DNA of 64,000 nucleotides, taken from assembly GCF_009914755.1 (NCBI RefSeq), contig NC_060928.1; one strand, 5' to 3'. Position numbers and translations under genes: made by a program. The stretch comes from the human T2T-CHM13v2.0 reference genome, Homo sapiens. The notes under the pieces were generated by a model. That model ran no database searches and was not told the origin of the DNA. It was given only the letters and a program-made list of their open reading frames with translations. Shown here piece after piece: positions 11,726 to 26,700 of the stretch (positions within the stretch are counted from its first letter, which is position 1; the number at the start of each line of letters is the position of its first letter).

Positions 11726-14700
11726 AAAACTAGACAGAAGCATTCTCAGAAACTTGTTTGTGATGTGTGTATTCAACTAACAGAGTTGAACTTTTGTTTT
11801 TACAGAGCCGTTTTAAAACACTCTTTTTGTGGAATCAGAAAGTGGATATTCGGATGGCTCTGAGGATTTCGTTGGAAGCGGGATTACATATAAAATCTAG
11901 AGAGAAGCATTCTCAGGAACTTCTTTGTGATGTTTGCATTGAAGTCACAGAATTGAACATTCACTTTGATAGAGCAGGTTTGAAACACTCATTCTGTAGT
12001 ATCTGGAACTGGACATTTCAAGCGCTTTCAGGCCTATGGTGAGAAAGGAAATATCTTCGAATAAAAACTAGACAGAAGCATCCTCAGAAACTTATTTGTG
12101 ATGTGTGTCCTCAACTAACAGAGTTGAAACTTTGTTTTGATACAGCATTTTGGAAACACTCTTTTTGTAGAATCTGCAGGTGGATATTTGGATAGCTTAG
12201 AGGGATTCGTTGGAAAGGGGATATCTTCATATAAAATCTAGACAGAAGCATTCTCAGAAACTTATTTGTGATGTGTGTCCTCAACTAACAGAGTTGAACC
12301 TTGGTTTTGATACAGCATTTTGGAAACACTCCTTTTGTAGAATCTGCAGGTGGAAATGTGGATAGCTCTGAAGATTTCGTTGGAAACGGGAATTTCTTCA
12401 TATAAAATCAAACAGAAGCATTCTCAGAAACTTCTCAGTGATGTTTGCATTCAGCTCATGGAGTTGAACACTTCCTTTCATAGAACCGGTTTGAAACACT
12501 CTTTCTGCACTACCTGGAAGAGGACATTTCGAGCGCTTTGAGTCCTATGGTGAAAAAGGAAATATCTTCTCATAAAAACCAGAAAGAAGCATTCTCAGAA
12601 ACTTCTTTGTGTTGTGTGTACTCATGTAACAGTGTTGAACCATCCTGTTGACAGAGCAGTTTTGAAACACTCTTTTTGTAGAATCTGCAAGTGGATATTT
12701 GGATAGCTTTGAGGATTTCGTTGGAAACGGGATGACATATAATATCTAGAGAGAAGCATTCTCAGGAACTTCTTTGTGATGTTTGCATTCAAGTCACAGA
12801 ATTGAACATTCCCTTTCATAGAGCAGGTTTGAAACACTCTTTCTCTAGTATCTGGAAGTGGGCATTTCAAGCGCTTTCAGGCCCATGGAGAGAAAGGAAA
12901 TACCTTCAAATAAAAACTAGACAGAAGCATTCTCAGAAACTTATTTGTGATGTGTGTCCTCAACTAACAGAGTTGAACCTTGGTTTTGATACAGCATTTT
13001 GGAAACGCTCCTTTTGTAGAATCTGCAGGTGGATATGTGGATAGCTCCGAAGATTTCGTTGGAAACGGGAATTTCTTCATATAAAATCAAACAGAAGCAT
13101 TCTCAGAAACTTCTCAGTGATGTTTGCATTCAGCTCATGGAGTTGAACACTTCCTTTCATAGAACCGGTTTGAAACACTCTTTCTGCACTACCTGGAAGA
13201 GGACATTTCGAGCGCTTTGAGTCCTATGGTGAAAAAGGAAATATCTTCTCATAAAAACCAGAAAGAAGCATTCTCAGAAACTTCTTTGTGTTGTGTGTAC
13301 TCATGTAACAGTGTTGAACCATCCTTTTGACAGAGCAGTTTTGAAACACTCTTTTTGTAGAATCTGCAAGTGGATATTTGGATAGCTTTGAGGATTTCGT
13401 TGGAAACGGGATGACATATAATATCTAGAGAGAAGCATTCTCAGGAACTTCTTTGTGATGTTTGCATTCAAGTCACAGAATTGAACATTCCCTTTCATAG
13501 AGCAGGTTTGAAACACTCTTTCTCTAGTATCTGGAAGTGGGCATTTCAAGCGCTTTCAGGCCTATGGAGAGAAAGGAAATACCTTCAAATAAAAACTAGA
13601 CAGAAGCATTCTCAGAAACTTATTTGTGATGTGTGTCCTCAACTAACAGAGTTGAACCTTTGTTTTGATACAGCATTTTGGAAACACTCCTTTTGTAGAA
13701 TCTGCAGGTGGATATTTGGATAACTTTGAAGATTTCATTGGAAACCGGAATATCTTCATATAAAATCAAGACAGAAGCATTCTCGGAAACATCTCTGTGA
13801 TGTTTGCATTCAACTCAGTAGAGTTGAACACTTCCTTTCATAGAGCCGGTTTGAAACACTCTTTCTGCACTACCTGGAAGCGGACATTTCGAGCGCTTTG
13901 AGGCCTATGGTGAAAAAGGAAATATCTTCTCATAAAAACCAGAAAGAAGCATTCTCAGAAACTTCTTTGTGTTGTGTGTACTCAAGTAACAGTGTTGAAC
14001 CTTCCTTTTGACACAGCAGTTTTGAAACACTCTTTTGGTAGAATCTGCAAGTGGATATTTGGATAGCTTTGAGGATTTCGTTGGAAACGGGTTATCTTCA
14101 TATAAAATCCAGACAGGAGCATTCTCAGAAACTTCTTTGTGCTGCATGTCCTCAATTCACAGAGCTGAACCTTTGTTTGGATACAGCATTTTGGAAACAT
14201 TCCTTTAGTAGAATCTGCAAGTTGATATTTAGATAGCTTTGAAGATTTCGTTGGAAACGGGAATATCTTCATAGAAAATCTAGACGGAAGCATTCTCAGA
14301 AACTGCTTTGTGATGTTTGCATTCAAGTCACAGAGTTGAATATTCCCTTTTATAGAGTAGGTTTGAAACACTCTTTCGGCACTACCTGGAAGTGGATATT
14401 TCGAGCTCTTTGAGGCCTATGGTTAAAAGGAAATATCTTCCCATAAAAACTAGACAGAAGCCGTCTCAGAAACTTGTTTGTGATGTGTGTATTCAACTAA
14501 CAGAGTTGAACATTTCTGTTACAGAGCAATTTTAAAACACTCTTTTTGTGGAATCTGAAAGTGGATAATTGGATAGCTTTGTGGATTTCGTTGGAAACGG
14601 GATGACGTATAAAATCTAGAGAGAAGCATTCTCAGGAACTTCTTTGTGATGTTTGCATTCAAGTCACAGAATTGAACATTCCCTTTCATAGAGCAGGTTT

Positions 14701-17700
14701 GAAACACTCTTTCTCTAGTATCTGGAAGTGGGCATTTCAAGCGCTTTCAGGCCTATGGAGAGAAAGGAAATACCTTCAAATAAAAACTAGACAGAAGCAT
14801 TCTCAGAAACTTATTTGTGATGTGTGTCCTCAACTAACAGAGTTGAACTTTTGTTTTGATACAGCATTTTGGAAACACTCCTTTTGTAGGATCTGCAGGT
14901 GGATATTTGGATAGATTTTAAGATTTCGTTGGAAACGGGAGTTTCTTCATAGAAACTCAAGACAGATGCATTCTCAGAAACATCTCTGTGATGTTTGCAT
15001 TCCACTCATAGATTTGAAAACTTCCTTTCATAGAGCAGGTATGAAACACTCTTTTTGTAATATTTGGAAGTGGACATTTGCAGCGCTTTGAGGCCTATGG
15101 TGAAAAAGGAAATATCTTCTCATAAAAACCAGAAACAAGCATTCTCAGAAACTTCTTTTTGATGTGTGTACTCAAGTAACAGAGTTGAACCTTCCTTTTG
15201 ACACAGCAGTTTTGAAACAATCTTTTTGTAGAATCTGCAAGTGGATATTTGGATAGCTTTGAGGATTTCGTTGGAAACGGGATATCTTCATATAAAATCT
15301 AGACAGAAGCATTCTCAGAAACTTCTTTGTGCTGTATGTCCTCAATTAGCAGAGTTGAACCATTGCTTGGATACAGCATTTTGGAAACATTCCTTGAGTA
15401 GAATCTGCAAGTTGATATTTAGATAGATTTGAAGATTTCGTTGGAAAAGGGAATATCTCCATATAAAATCTAGAGGGAAGCATTCTCAGAAACTGCTTTG
15501 TGATGTTTCCATTCAAGTCACAGAGTTGAATATTCCCTTTTATAGAGCACGTTTGAAACACTCTTTCTGCACTATCTGGAAGTGGACATTTCGAGCGCTT
15601 TGAGGCCTATGGTGAAAAAGGAAATATCTTCCCATAAAAACTAGACAGAAGCATTCTCAGAAACTTGTTTGTGATGTGTGTATTCAACTAACAGAGTTGA
15701 ACTTTTGTTTTTACAGAGCCGTTTTAAAACACTCTTTTTGTGGAATCAGAAAGTGGATATTCGGATGGCTCTGAGGATTTCGTTGGAAGCGGGATTACAT
15801 ATAAAATCTAGAGAGAAGCATTCTCAGGAACTTCTTTGTGATGTTTGCATTGAAGTCACAGAATTGAACATTCACTTTGATAGAGCAGGTTTGAAACACT
15901 CATTCTGTAGTATCTGGAAGTGGACATTTCAAGCGCTTTCAGGCCTATGGTGAGAAAGGAAATATCTTCGAATAAAAACTAGACAGAAGCATCCTCAGAA
16001 ACTTATTTGTGATGTGTGTCCTCAACTAACAGAGTTGAAACTTTGTTTTGATACAGCATTTTGGAAACACTCTTTTTGTAGAATCTGCAGGTGGATATTT
16101 GGATAGCTTAGAGGGATTCGTTGGAAAGGGGATATCTTCATATAAAATCTAGACAGAAGCATTCTCAGAAACTTATTTGTGATGTGTGTCCTCAACTAAC
16201 AGAGTTGAACCTTGGTTTTGATACAGCATTTTGGAAACACTCCTTTTGTAGAATCTGCAGGTGGATATGTGGATAGCTCTGAAGATTTCGTTGGAAACGG
16301 GAATTTCTTCATATAAAATCAAACAGAAGCATTCTCAGAAACTTCTCAGTGATGTTTGCATTCAGCTCATGGAGTTGAACACTTCCTTTCATAGAGCCGG
16401 TTTGAAACACTCTTTCTGCACTACCTGGAAGAGGACATTTCGAGCGCTTTGAGTCCTATGGTGAAAAAGGAAATATCTTCTCATAAAAACCAGAAAGAAG
16501 CATTCTCAGAAACTACTTTGTGTTGTGTGTACTCATGTAACAGTGTTGAACCATCCTTTTGACAGAGCAGTTTTGAAACACTCTTTTTGTAGAATCTGCA
16601 AGTGGATATTTGGATAGCTTTGAGGATTTCGTTGGAAACGGGATGACATATAATATCTAGAGAGAAGCATTCTCAGGAACTTCTTTGTGATGTTTGCATT
16701 CAAGTCACAGAATTGAACATTCCCTTTCATAGAGCAGGTTTGAAACACTCTTTCTCTAGTATCTGGAAGTGGGCATTTCAAGCGCTTTCAGGCCTATGGA
16801 GAGAAAGGAAATACCTTCAAATAAAAACTAGACAGAAGCATTCTCAGAAACTTATTTGTGATGTGTGTCCTCAACTAACAGAGTTGAACCTTGGTTTTGA
16901 TACAGCATTTTGGAAACGCTCCTTTTGTAGAATCTGCAGGTGGATATGTGGATAGCTCTGAAGATTTCGTTGGAAACGGGAATTTCTTCATATAAAATCA
17001 AACAGAAGCATTCTCAGAAACTTCTCAGTGATGTTTGCATTCAGCTCATGGAGTTGAACACTTCCTTTCATAGAACCGGTTTGAAACACTCTTTCTGCAC
17101 TACCTGGAAGAGGACATTTCGAGCGCTTTGAGTCCTATGGTGAAAAAGGAAATATCTTCTCATAAAAACCAGAAAGAAGCATTCTCAGAAACTTCTTTGT
17201 GTTGTGTGTACTCATGTAACAGTGTTGAACCATCCTTTTGACAGAGCAGTTTTGAAACACTCTTTTTGTAGAATCTGCAAGTGGATATTTGGATAGCTTT
17301 GAGGATTTCGTTGGAAACGGGATGACATATAATATCTAGAGAGAAGCATTCTCAGGAACTTCTTTGTGATGTTTGCATTCAAGTCACAGAATTGAACATT
17401 CCCTTTCATAGAGCAGGTTTGAAACACTCTTTCTCTAGTATCTGGAAGTGGGCATTTCAAGCGCTTTCAGGCCTATGGAGAGAAAGGAAATACCTTCAAA
17501 TAAAAACTAGACAGAAGCATTCTCAGAAACTTATTTGTGATGTGTGTCCTCAACTAACAGAGTTGAACCTTTGTTTTGATACAGCATTTTGGAAACACTC
17601 CTTTTGTAGAATCTGCAGGTGGATATTTGGATAACTTTGAAGATTTCATTGGAAACCGGAATATCTTCATATAAAATCAAGACAGAAGCATTCTCGGAAA

Positions 17701-20700
17701 CATCTCTGTGATGTTTGCATTCAACTCAGTAGAGTTGAACACTTCCTTTCATAGAGCAGGTTTGAAACACTCTTTCTGCACTACCTGGAAGCGGACATTT
17801 CGAGCGCTTTGAGGCCTATGGTGAAAAAGGAAATATCTTCTCATAAAAACCAGAAAGAAGCATTCTCAGAAACTTCTTTGTGTTGTGTGTACTCAAGTAA
17901 CAGTGTTGAACCTTCCTTTTGACACAGCAGTTTTGAAACACTCTTTTGGTAGAATCTGCAAGTGGATATTTGGATAGCTTTGAGGATTTCGTTGGAAACG
18001 GGTTATCTTCATATAAAATCCAGACAGGAGCATTCTCAGAAACTTCTTTGTGCTGCATGTCCTCAATTCACAGAGCTGAACCTTTGTTTGGATACAGCAT
18101 TTTGGAAACATTCCTTTAGTAGAATCTGCAAGTTGATATTTAGATAGCTTTGAAGATTTCGTTGGAAACGGGAATATCTTCATAGAAAATCTAGACGGAA
18201 GCATTCTCAGAAACTGCTTTGTGATGTTTGCATTCAAGTCACAGAGTTGAATATTCCCTTTTATAGAGTAGGTTTGAAACACTCTTTCGGCACTACCTGG
18301 AAGTGGATATTTCGAGCTCTTTGAGGCCTATGGTTAAAAGGAAATATCTTCCCATAAAAACTAGACAGAAGCCGTCTCAGAAACTTGTTTGTGATGTGTG
18401 TATTCAACTAACAGAGTTGAACATTTCTGTTACAGAGCAATTTTAAAACACTCTTTTTGTGGAATCTGAAAGTGGATAATTGGATAGCTTTGTGGATTTC
18501 GTTGGAAACGGGATGACATATAAAATCTAGAGAGAAGCATTCTCAGGAACTTCTTTCTGATGTTTGCATTCAAGTCACAGAATTGAACATTCCTTTTCAT
18601 AGTGCAGGTTTGAAACACTCTTTCTGTAGTATCTGGAAGTGGACATTTCAAGCGCTTTCAGGCCTACGGGGAGAAAGGAAATATCTTCAAATAAAAACTA
18701 GACAGAAGGATTCTCAGAAACTTATTTGTGATGTGTGTCCTAAACGAACACAGTTGAACCTTTGTTTTGATACAGCATTTTGGAAACACTCCTTTTGTAG
18801 GATCTGCAGGTGGATATTTGGATAGATTTTAAGATTTCGTTGGAAACGGGAGTTTCTTCATAGAAACTCAAGACAGATGCATTCTCAGAAACATCTCTGT
18901 GATGTTTGCATTCCACTCATAGAGTTGAAAACTTCCTTTCATAGAGCAGGTTTGAAACACTCTTTTTGTAATATTTGGAAGTGGACATTTGCAGCGCTTT
19001 GAGGCCTATGGTGAAAAAGGAAATATCTTCTCATAAAAACCAGAAACAAGCATTCTCAGAAACTTCTTTTTGATGTGTGTACTCAAGTAACAGAGTTGAA
19101 CCTTCCTTTTGACACAGCAGTTTTGAAACAATCTTTTTGTAGAATCTGCAAGTGGATATTTGGATAGCTTTGAGGATTTCGTTGGAAACGGGATATCTTC
19201 ATATAAAATCTAGACAGAAGCATTCTCAGAAACTTCTTTGTGCTGTATGCCCTCAATTAACAGAGTTGAACCATTGGATACAGCATTTTGGAAACATTCC
19301 TTGAGTAGAATCTGCAAGTTGATATTTAGATAGATTTGAAGATTTCATTGGAAAAGGGAATATCTCCATATAAAATCTAGAGGGAAGCATTCTCAGAAAC
19401 TGCTTTGTGATGTTTCCATTCAAGTCACAGAGTTGAATATTCCCTTTTATAGAGCACGTTTGAAACACTCTTTCTGCACTATCTGGAAGTGGACATTTCG
19501 AGCGCTTTGAGGCCTATGGTGAAAAAGGAAATATCTTCCCATAAAAACTAGACAGAAGCATTCTCAGAAACTTGTTTGTGATGTGTGTATTCAACTAACA
19601 GAGTTGAACTTTTGTTTTTACAGAGCCGTTTTAAAACACTCTTTTTGTGGAATCAGAAAGTGGATATTCGGATGGCTCTGAGGATTTCGTTGGAAGCGGG
19701 ATTACATATAAAATCTAGAGAGAAGCATTCTCAGGAACTTCTTTGTGATGTTTGCATTGAAGTCACAGAATTGAACATTCACTTTGATAGAGCAGGTTTG
19801 AAACACTCATTCTGTAGTATCTGGAAGTGGACATTTCAAGCGCTTTCAGGCCTATGGTGAGAAAGGAAATATCTTCGAATAAAAACTAGACAGAAGCATC
19901 CTCAGAAACTTATTTGTGATGTGTGTCCTCAACTAACAGAGTTGAAACTTTGTTTTGATACAGCATTTTGGAAACACTCTTTTTGTAGAATCTGCAGGTG
20001 GATATTTGGATAGCTTAGAGGGATTCGTTGGAAAGGGGATATCTTCATATAAAATCTAGACAGAAGCATTCTCAGAAACTTATTTGTGATGTGTGTCCTC
20101 AACTAACAGAGTTGAACCTTGGTTTTGATACAGCATTTTGGAAACACTCCTTTTGTAGAATCTGCAGGTGGATATGTGGATAGCTCTGAAGATTTCGTTG
20201 GAAACGGGAATTTCTTCATATAAAATCAAACAGAAGCATTCTCAGAAACTTCTCAGTGATGTTTGCATTCAGCTCATGGAGTTGAACACTTCCTTTCATA
20301 GAGCCGGTTTGAAACACTCTTTCTGCACTACCTGGAAGAGGACATTTCGAGCGCTTTGAGTCCTATGGTGAAAAAGGAAATATCTTCTCATAAAAACCAG
20401 AAAGAAGCATTCTCAGAAACTACTTTGTGTTGTGTGTACTCATGTAACAGTGTTGAACCATCCTTTTGACAGAGCAGTTTTGAAACACTCTTTTTGTAGA
20501 ATCTGCAAGTGGATATTTGGATAGCTTTGAGGATTTCGTTGGAAACGGGATGACATATAATATCTAGAGAGAAGCATTCTCAGGAACTTCTTTGTGATGT
20601 TTGCATTCAAGTCACAGAATTGAACATTCCCTTTCATAGAGCAGGTTTGAAACACTCTTTCTCTAGTATCTGGAAGTGGGCATTTCAAGCGCTTTCAGGC

Positions 20701-23700
20701 CTATGGAGAGAAAGGAAATACCTTCAAATAAAAACTAGACAGAAGCATTCTCAGAAACTTATTTGTGATGTGTGTCCTCAACTAACAGAGTTGAACCTTG
20801 GTTTTGATACAGCATTTTGGAAACGCTCCTTTTGTAGAATCTGCAGGTGGATATGTGGATAGCTCTGAAGATTTCGTTGGAAACGGGAATTTCTTCATAT
20901 AAAATCAAACAGAAGCATTCTCAGAAACTTCTCAGTGATGTTTGCATTCAGCTCATGGAGTTGAACACTTCCTTTCATAGAACCGGTTTGAAACACTCTT
21001 TCTGCACTACCTGGAAGAGGACATTTCGAGCGCTTTGAGTCCTATGGTGAAAAAGGAAATATCTTCTCATAAAAACCAGAAAGAAGCATTCTCAGAAACT
21101 TCTTTGTGTTGTGTGTACTCATGTAACAGTGTTGAACCATCCTTTTGACAGAGCAGTTTTGAAACACTCTTTTTGTAGAATCTGCAAGTGGATATTTGGA
21201 TAGCTTTGAGGATTTCGTTGGAAACGGGATGACATATAATATCTAGAGAGAAGCATTCTCAGGAACTTCTTTGTGATGTTTGCATTCAAGTCACAGAATT
21301 GAACATTCCCTTTCATAGAGCAGGTTTGAAACACTCTTTCTCTAGTATCTGGAAGTGGGCATTTCAAGCGCTTTCAGGCCTATGGAGAGAAAGGAAATAC
21401 CTTCAAATAAAAACTAGACAGAAGCATTCTCAGAAACTTATTTGTGATGTGTGTCCTCAACTAACAGAGTTGAACCTTTGTTTTGATACAGCATTTTGGA
21501 AACACTCCTTTTGTAGAATCTGCAGGTGGATATTTGGATAACTTTGAAGATTTCATTGGAAACCGGAATATCTTCATATAAAATCAAGACAGAAGCATTC
21601 TCGGAAACATCTCTGTGATGTTTGCATTCAACTCAGTAGAGTTGAACACTTCCTTTCATAGAGCCGGTTTGAAACACTCTTTCTGCACTACCTGGAAGCG
21701 GACATTTCGAGCGCTTTGAGGCCTATGGTGAAAAAGGAAATATCTTCTCATAAAAACCAGAAAGAAGCATTCTCAGAAACTTCTTTGTGTTGTGTGTACT
21801 CAAGTAACAGTGTTGAACCTTCCTTTTGACACAGCAGTTTTGAAACACTCTTTTGGTAGAATCTGCAAGTGGATATTTGGATAGCTTTGAGGATTTCGTT
21901 GGAAACGGGTTATCTTCATATAAAATCCAGACAGGAGCATTCTCAGAAACTTCTTTGTGCTGCATGTCCTCAATTCACAGAGCTGAACCTTTGTTTGGAT
22001 ACAGCATTTTGGAAACATTCCTTTAGTAGAATCTGCAAGTTGATATTTAGATAGCTTTGAAGATTTCGTTGGAAACGGGAATATCTTCATAGAAAATCTA
22101 GACGGAAGCATTCTCAGAAACTGCTTTGTGATGTTTGCATTCAAGTCACAGAGTTGAATATTCCCTTTTATAGAGTAGGTTTGAAACACTCTTTCGGCAC
22201 TACCTGGAAGTGGATATTTCGAGCTCTTTGAGGCCTATGGTTAAAAGGAAATATCTTCCCATAAAAACTAGACAGAAGCCGTCTCAGAAACTTGTTTGTG
22301 ATGTGTGTATTCAACTAACAGAGTTGAACATTTCTGTTACAGAGCAATTTTAAAACACTCTTTTTGTGGAATCTGAAAGTGGATAATTGGATAGCTTTGT
22401 GGATTTCGTTGGAAACGGGATGACATATAAAATCTAGAGAGAAGCATTCTCAGGAACTTCTTTCTGATGTTTGCATTCAAGTCACAGAATTGAACATTCC
22501 TTTTCATAGTGCAGGTTTGAAACACTCTTTCTGTAGTATCTGGAAGTGGACATTTCAAGCGCTTTCAGGCCTACGGGGAGAAAGGAAATATCTTCAAATA
22601 AAAACTAGACAGAAGGATTCTCAGAAACTTATTTGTGATGTGTGTCCTAAACGAACACAGTTGAACCTTTGTTTTGATACAGCATTTTGGAAACACTCCT
22701 TTTGTAGGATCTGCAGGTGGATATTTGGATAGATTTTAAGATTTCGTTGGAAACGGGAGTTTCTTCATAGAAACTCAAGACAGATGCATTCTCAGAAACA
22801 TCTCTGTGATGTTTGCATTCCACTCATAGAGTTGAAAACTTCCTTTCATAGAGCAGGTTTGAAACACTCTTTTTGTAATATTTGGAAGTGGACATTTGCA
22901 GCACTTTGAGGCCTATGGTGAAAAAGGAAATATCTTCTCATAAAAACCAGAAACAAGCATTCTCAGAAACTTCTTTTTGATGTGTGTACTCAAGTAACAG
23001 AGTTGAACCTTCCTTTTGACACAGCAGTTTTGAAACAATCTTTTTGTAGAATCTGCAAGTGGATATTTGGATAGCTTTGAGGATTTCGTTGGAAACGGGA
23101 TATCTTCATATAAAATCTAGACAGAAGCATTCTCAGAAACTTCTTTGTGCTGTATGCCCTCAATTAACAGAGTTGAACCATTGGATACAGCATTTTGGAA
23201 ACATTCCTTGAGTAGAATCTGCAAGTTGATATTTAGATAGATTTGAAGATTTCGTTGGAAAAGGGAATATCTCCATATAAAATCTAGAGGGAAGCATTCT
23301 CAGAAACTGCTTTGTGATGTTTCCATTCAAGTCACAGAGTTGAATATTCCCTTTTATAGAGCACGTTTGAAACACTCTTTCTGCACTATCTGGAAGTGGA
23401 CATTTCGAGCGCTTTGAGGCCTATGGTGAAAAAGGAAATATCTTCCCATAAAAACTAGACAGAAGCATTCTCAGAAACTTGTTTGTGATGTGTGTATTCA
23501 ACTAACAGAGTTGAACTTTTGTTTTTACAGAGCCGTTTTAAAACACTCTTTTTGTGGAATCAGAAAGTGGATATTCGGATGGCTCTGAGGATTTCGTTGG
23601 AAGCGGGATTACATATAAAATCTAGAGAGAAGCATTCTCAGGAACTTCTTTGTGATGTTTGCATTGAAGTCACAGAATTGAACATTCACTTTGATAGAGC

Positions 23701-26700
23701 AGGTTTGAAACACTCATTCTGTAGTATCTGGAACTGGACATTTCAAGCGCTTTCAGGCCTATGGTGAGAAAGGAAATATCTTCGAATAAAAACTAGACAG
23801 AAGCATCCTCAGAAACTTATTTGTGATGTGTGTCCTCAACTAACAGAGTTGAAACTTTGTTTTGATACAGCATTTTGGAAACACTCTTTTTGTAGAATCT
23901 GCAGGTGGATATTTGGATAGCTTAGAGGGATTCGTTGGAAAGGGGATATCTTCATATAAAATCTAGACAGAAGCATTCTCAGAAACTTATTTGTGATGTG
24001 TGTCCTCAACTAACAGAGTTGAACCTTGGTTTTGATACAGCATTTTGGAAACACTCCTTTTGTAGAATCTGCAGGTGGATATGTGGATAGCTCTGAAGAT
24101 TTCGTTGGAAACGGGAATTTCTTCATATAAAATCAAACAGAAGCATTCTCAGAAACTTCTCAGTGATGTTTGCATTCAGCTCATGGAGTTGAACACTTCC
24201 TTTCATAGAACCGGTTTGAAACACTCTTTCTGCACTACCTGGAAGAGGACATTTCGAGCGCTTTGAGTCCTATGGTGAAAAAGGAAATATCTTCTCATAA
24301 AAACCAGAAAGAAGCATTCTCAGAAACTTCTTTGTGTTGTGTGTACTCATGTAACAGTGTTGAACCATCCTTTTGAAAGAGCAGTTTTGAAACACTCTTT
24401 TTGTAGAATCTGCAAGTGGATATTTGGATAGCTTTGAGGATTTCGTTGGAAACGGGATGACATATAATATCTAGAGAGAAGCATTCTCAGGAACTTCTTT
24501 GTGATGTTTGCATTCAAGTCACAGAATTGAACATTCCCTTTCATAGAGCAGGTTTGAAACACTCTTTCTCTAGTATCTGGAAGTGGGCATTTCAAGCGCT
24601 TTCAGGTCTATGGAGAGAAAGGAAATACCTTCAAATAAAAACTAGACAGAAGCATTCTCAGAAACTTATTTGTGATGTGTGTCCTCAACTAACAGAGTTG
24701 AACCTTGGTTTTGATACAGCATTTTGGAAACGCTCCTTTTGTAGAATCTGCAGGTGGATATGTGGATAGCTCTGAAGATTTCGTTGGAAACGGGAATTTC
24801 TTCATATAAAATCAAACAGAAGCATTCTCAGAAACTTCTCAGTGATGTTTGCATTCAGCTCATGGAGTTGAACACTTCCTTTCATAGAACCGGTTTGAAA
24901 CACTCTTTCTGCACTACCTGGAAGAGGACATTTCGAGCGCTTTGAGTCCTATGGTGAAAAAGGAAATATCTTCTCATAAAAACCAGAAAGAAGCATTCTC
25001 AGAAACTTCTTTGTGTTGTGTGTACTCATGTAACAGTGTTGAACCATCCTTTTGACAGAGCAGTTTTGAAACACTCTTTTTGTAGAATCTGCAAGTGGAT
25101 ATTTGGATAGCTTTGAGGATTTCGTTGGAAACGGGATGACATATAATATCTAGAGAGAAGCATTCTCAGGAACTTCTTTGTGATGTTTGCATTCAAGTCA
25201 CAGAATTGAACATTCCCTTTCATAGAGCAGGTTTGAAACACTCTTTCTCTAGTATCTGGAAGTGGGCATTTCAAGCGCTTTCAGGCCCATGGAGAGAAAG
25301 GAAATACCTTCAAATAAAAACTAGACAGAAGCATTCTCAGAAACTTATTTGTGATGTGTGTCCTCAACTAACAGAGTTGAACCTTGGTTTTGATACAGCA
25401 TTTTGGAAACACTCCTTTTGTAGAATCTGCAGGTGGATATTTGGATAACTTTGAAGATTTCATTGGAAACCGGAATATCTTCATATAAAATCAAGACAGA
25501 AGCATTCTCGGAAACATCTCTGTGATGTTTGCATTCAACTCAGTAGAGTTGAACACTTCCTTTCATAGAGCCGGTTTGAAACACTCTTTCTGCACTACCT
25601 GGAAGCGGACATTTCGAGCGCTTTGAGGCCTATGGTGAAAAAGGAAATATCTTCTCATAAAAACCAGAAAGAAGCATTCTCAGAAACTTCTTTGTGTTGT
25701 GTGTACTCAAGTAACAGTGTTGAACCTTCCTTTTGACACAGCAGTTTTGAAACACTCTTTTGGTAGAATCTGCAAGTGGATATTTGGATAGCTTTGAGGA
25801 TTTCGTTGGAAACGGGTTATCTTCATATAAAATCCAGACAGGAGCATTCTCATGAACTTCTTTGTGCTGCATGTCCTCAATTCACGGAGCTGAACCTTTG
25901 TTTGGATACAGCATTTTGGAAACATTCCTTTAGTAGAATCTGCAAGTTGATATTTAGATAGCTTTGAAGATTTCGTTGGAAACGGGAATATCTTCATAGA
26001 AAATCTAGACGGAAGCATTCTCAGAAACTGCTTTGTGATGTTTGCATTCAAGTCACAGAGTTGAATATTCCCTTTTATAGAGTAGGTTTGAAACACTCTT
26101 TCGGCACTACCTGGAAGTGGATATTTCGAGCTCTTTGAGGCCTATGGTTAAAAGGAAATATCTTCCCATAAAAACTAGACAGAAGCCGTCTCAGAAACTT
26201 GTTTGTGATGTGTGTATTCAACTAACAGAGTTGAACATTTCTGTTACAGAGCAATTTTAAAACACTCTTTTTGTGGAATCTGAAAGTGGATAATTGGATA
26301 GCTTTGTGGATTTCGTTGGAAACGGGATGACATATAAAATCTAGAGAGAAGCATTCTCAGGAACTTCTTTCTGATGTTTGCATTCAAGTCACAGAATTGA
26401 ACATTCCTTTTCATAGTGCAGGTTTGAAACACTCTTTCTGTAGTATCTGGAAGTGGACATTTCAAGCGCTTTCAGGCCTACGGGGAGAAAGGAAATATCT
26501 TCAAATAAAAACTAGACAGAAGGATTCTCAGAAACTTATTTGTGATGTGTGTCCTAAACGAACACAGTTGAACCTTTGTTTTGATACAGCATTTTGGAAA
26601 CACTCCTTTTGTAGGATCTGCAGGTGGATATTTGGATAGATTTTAAGATTTCGTTGGAAACGGGAGTTTCTTCATAGAAACTCAAGACAGATGCATTCTC

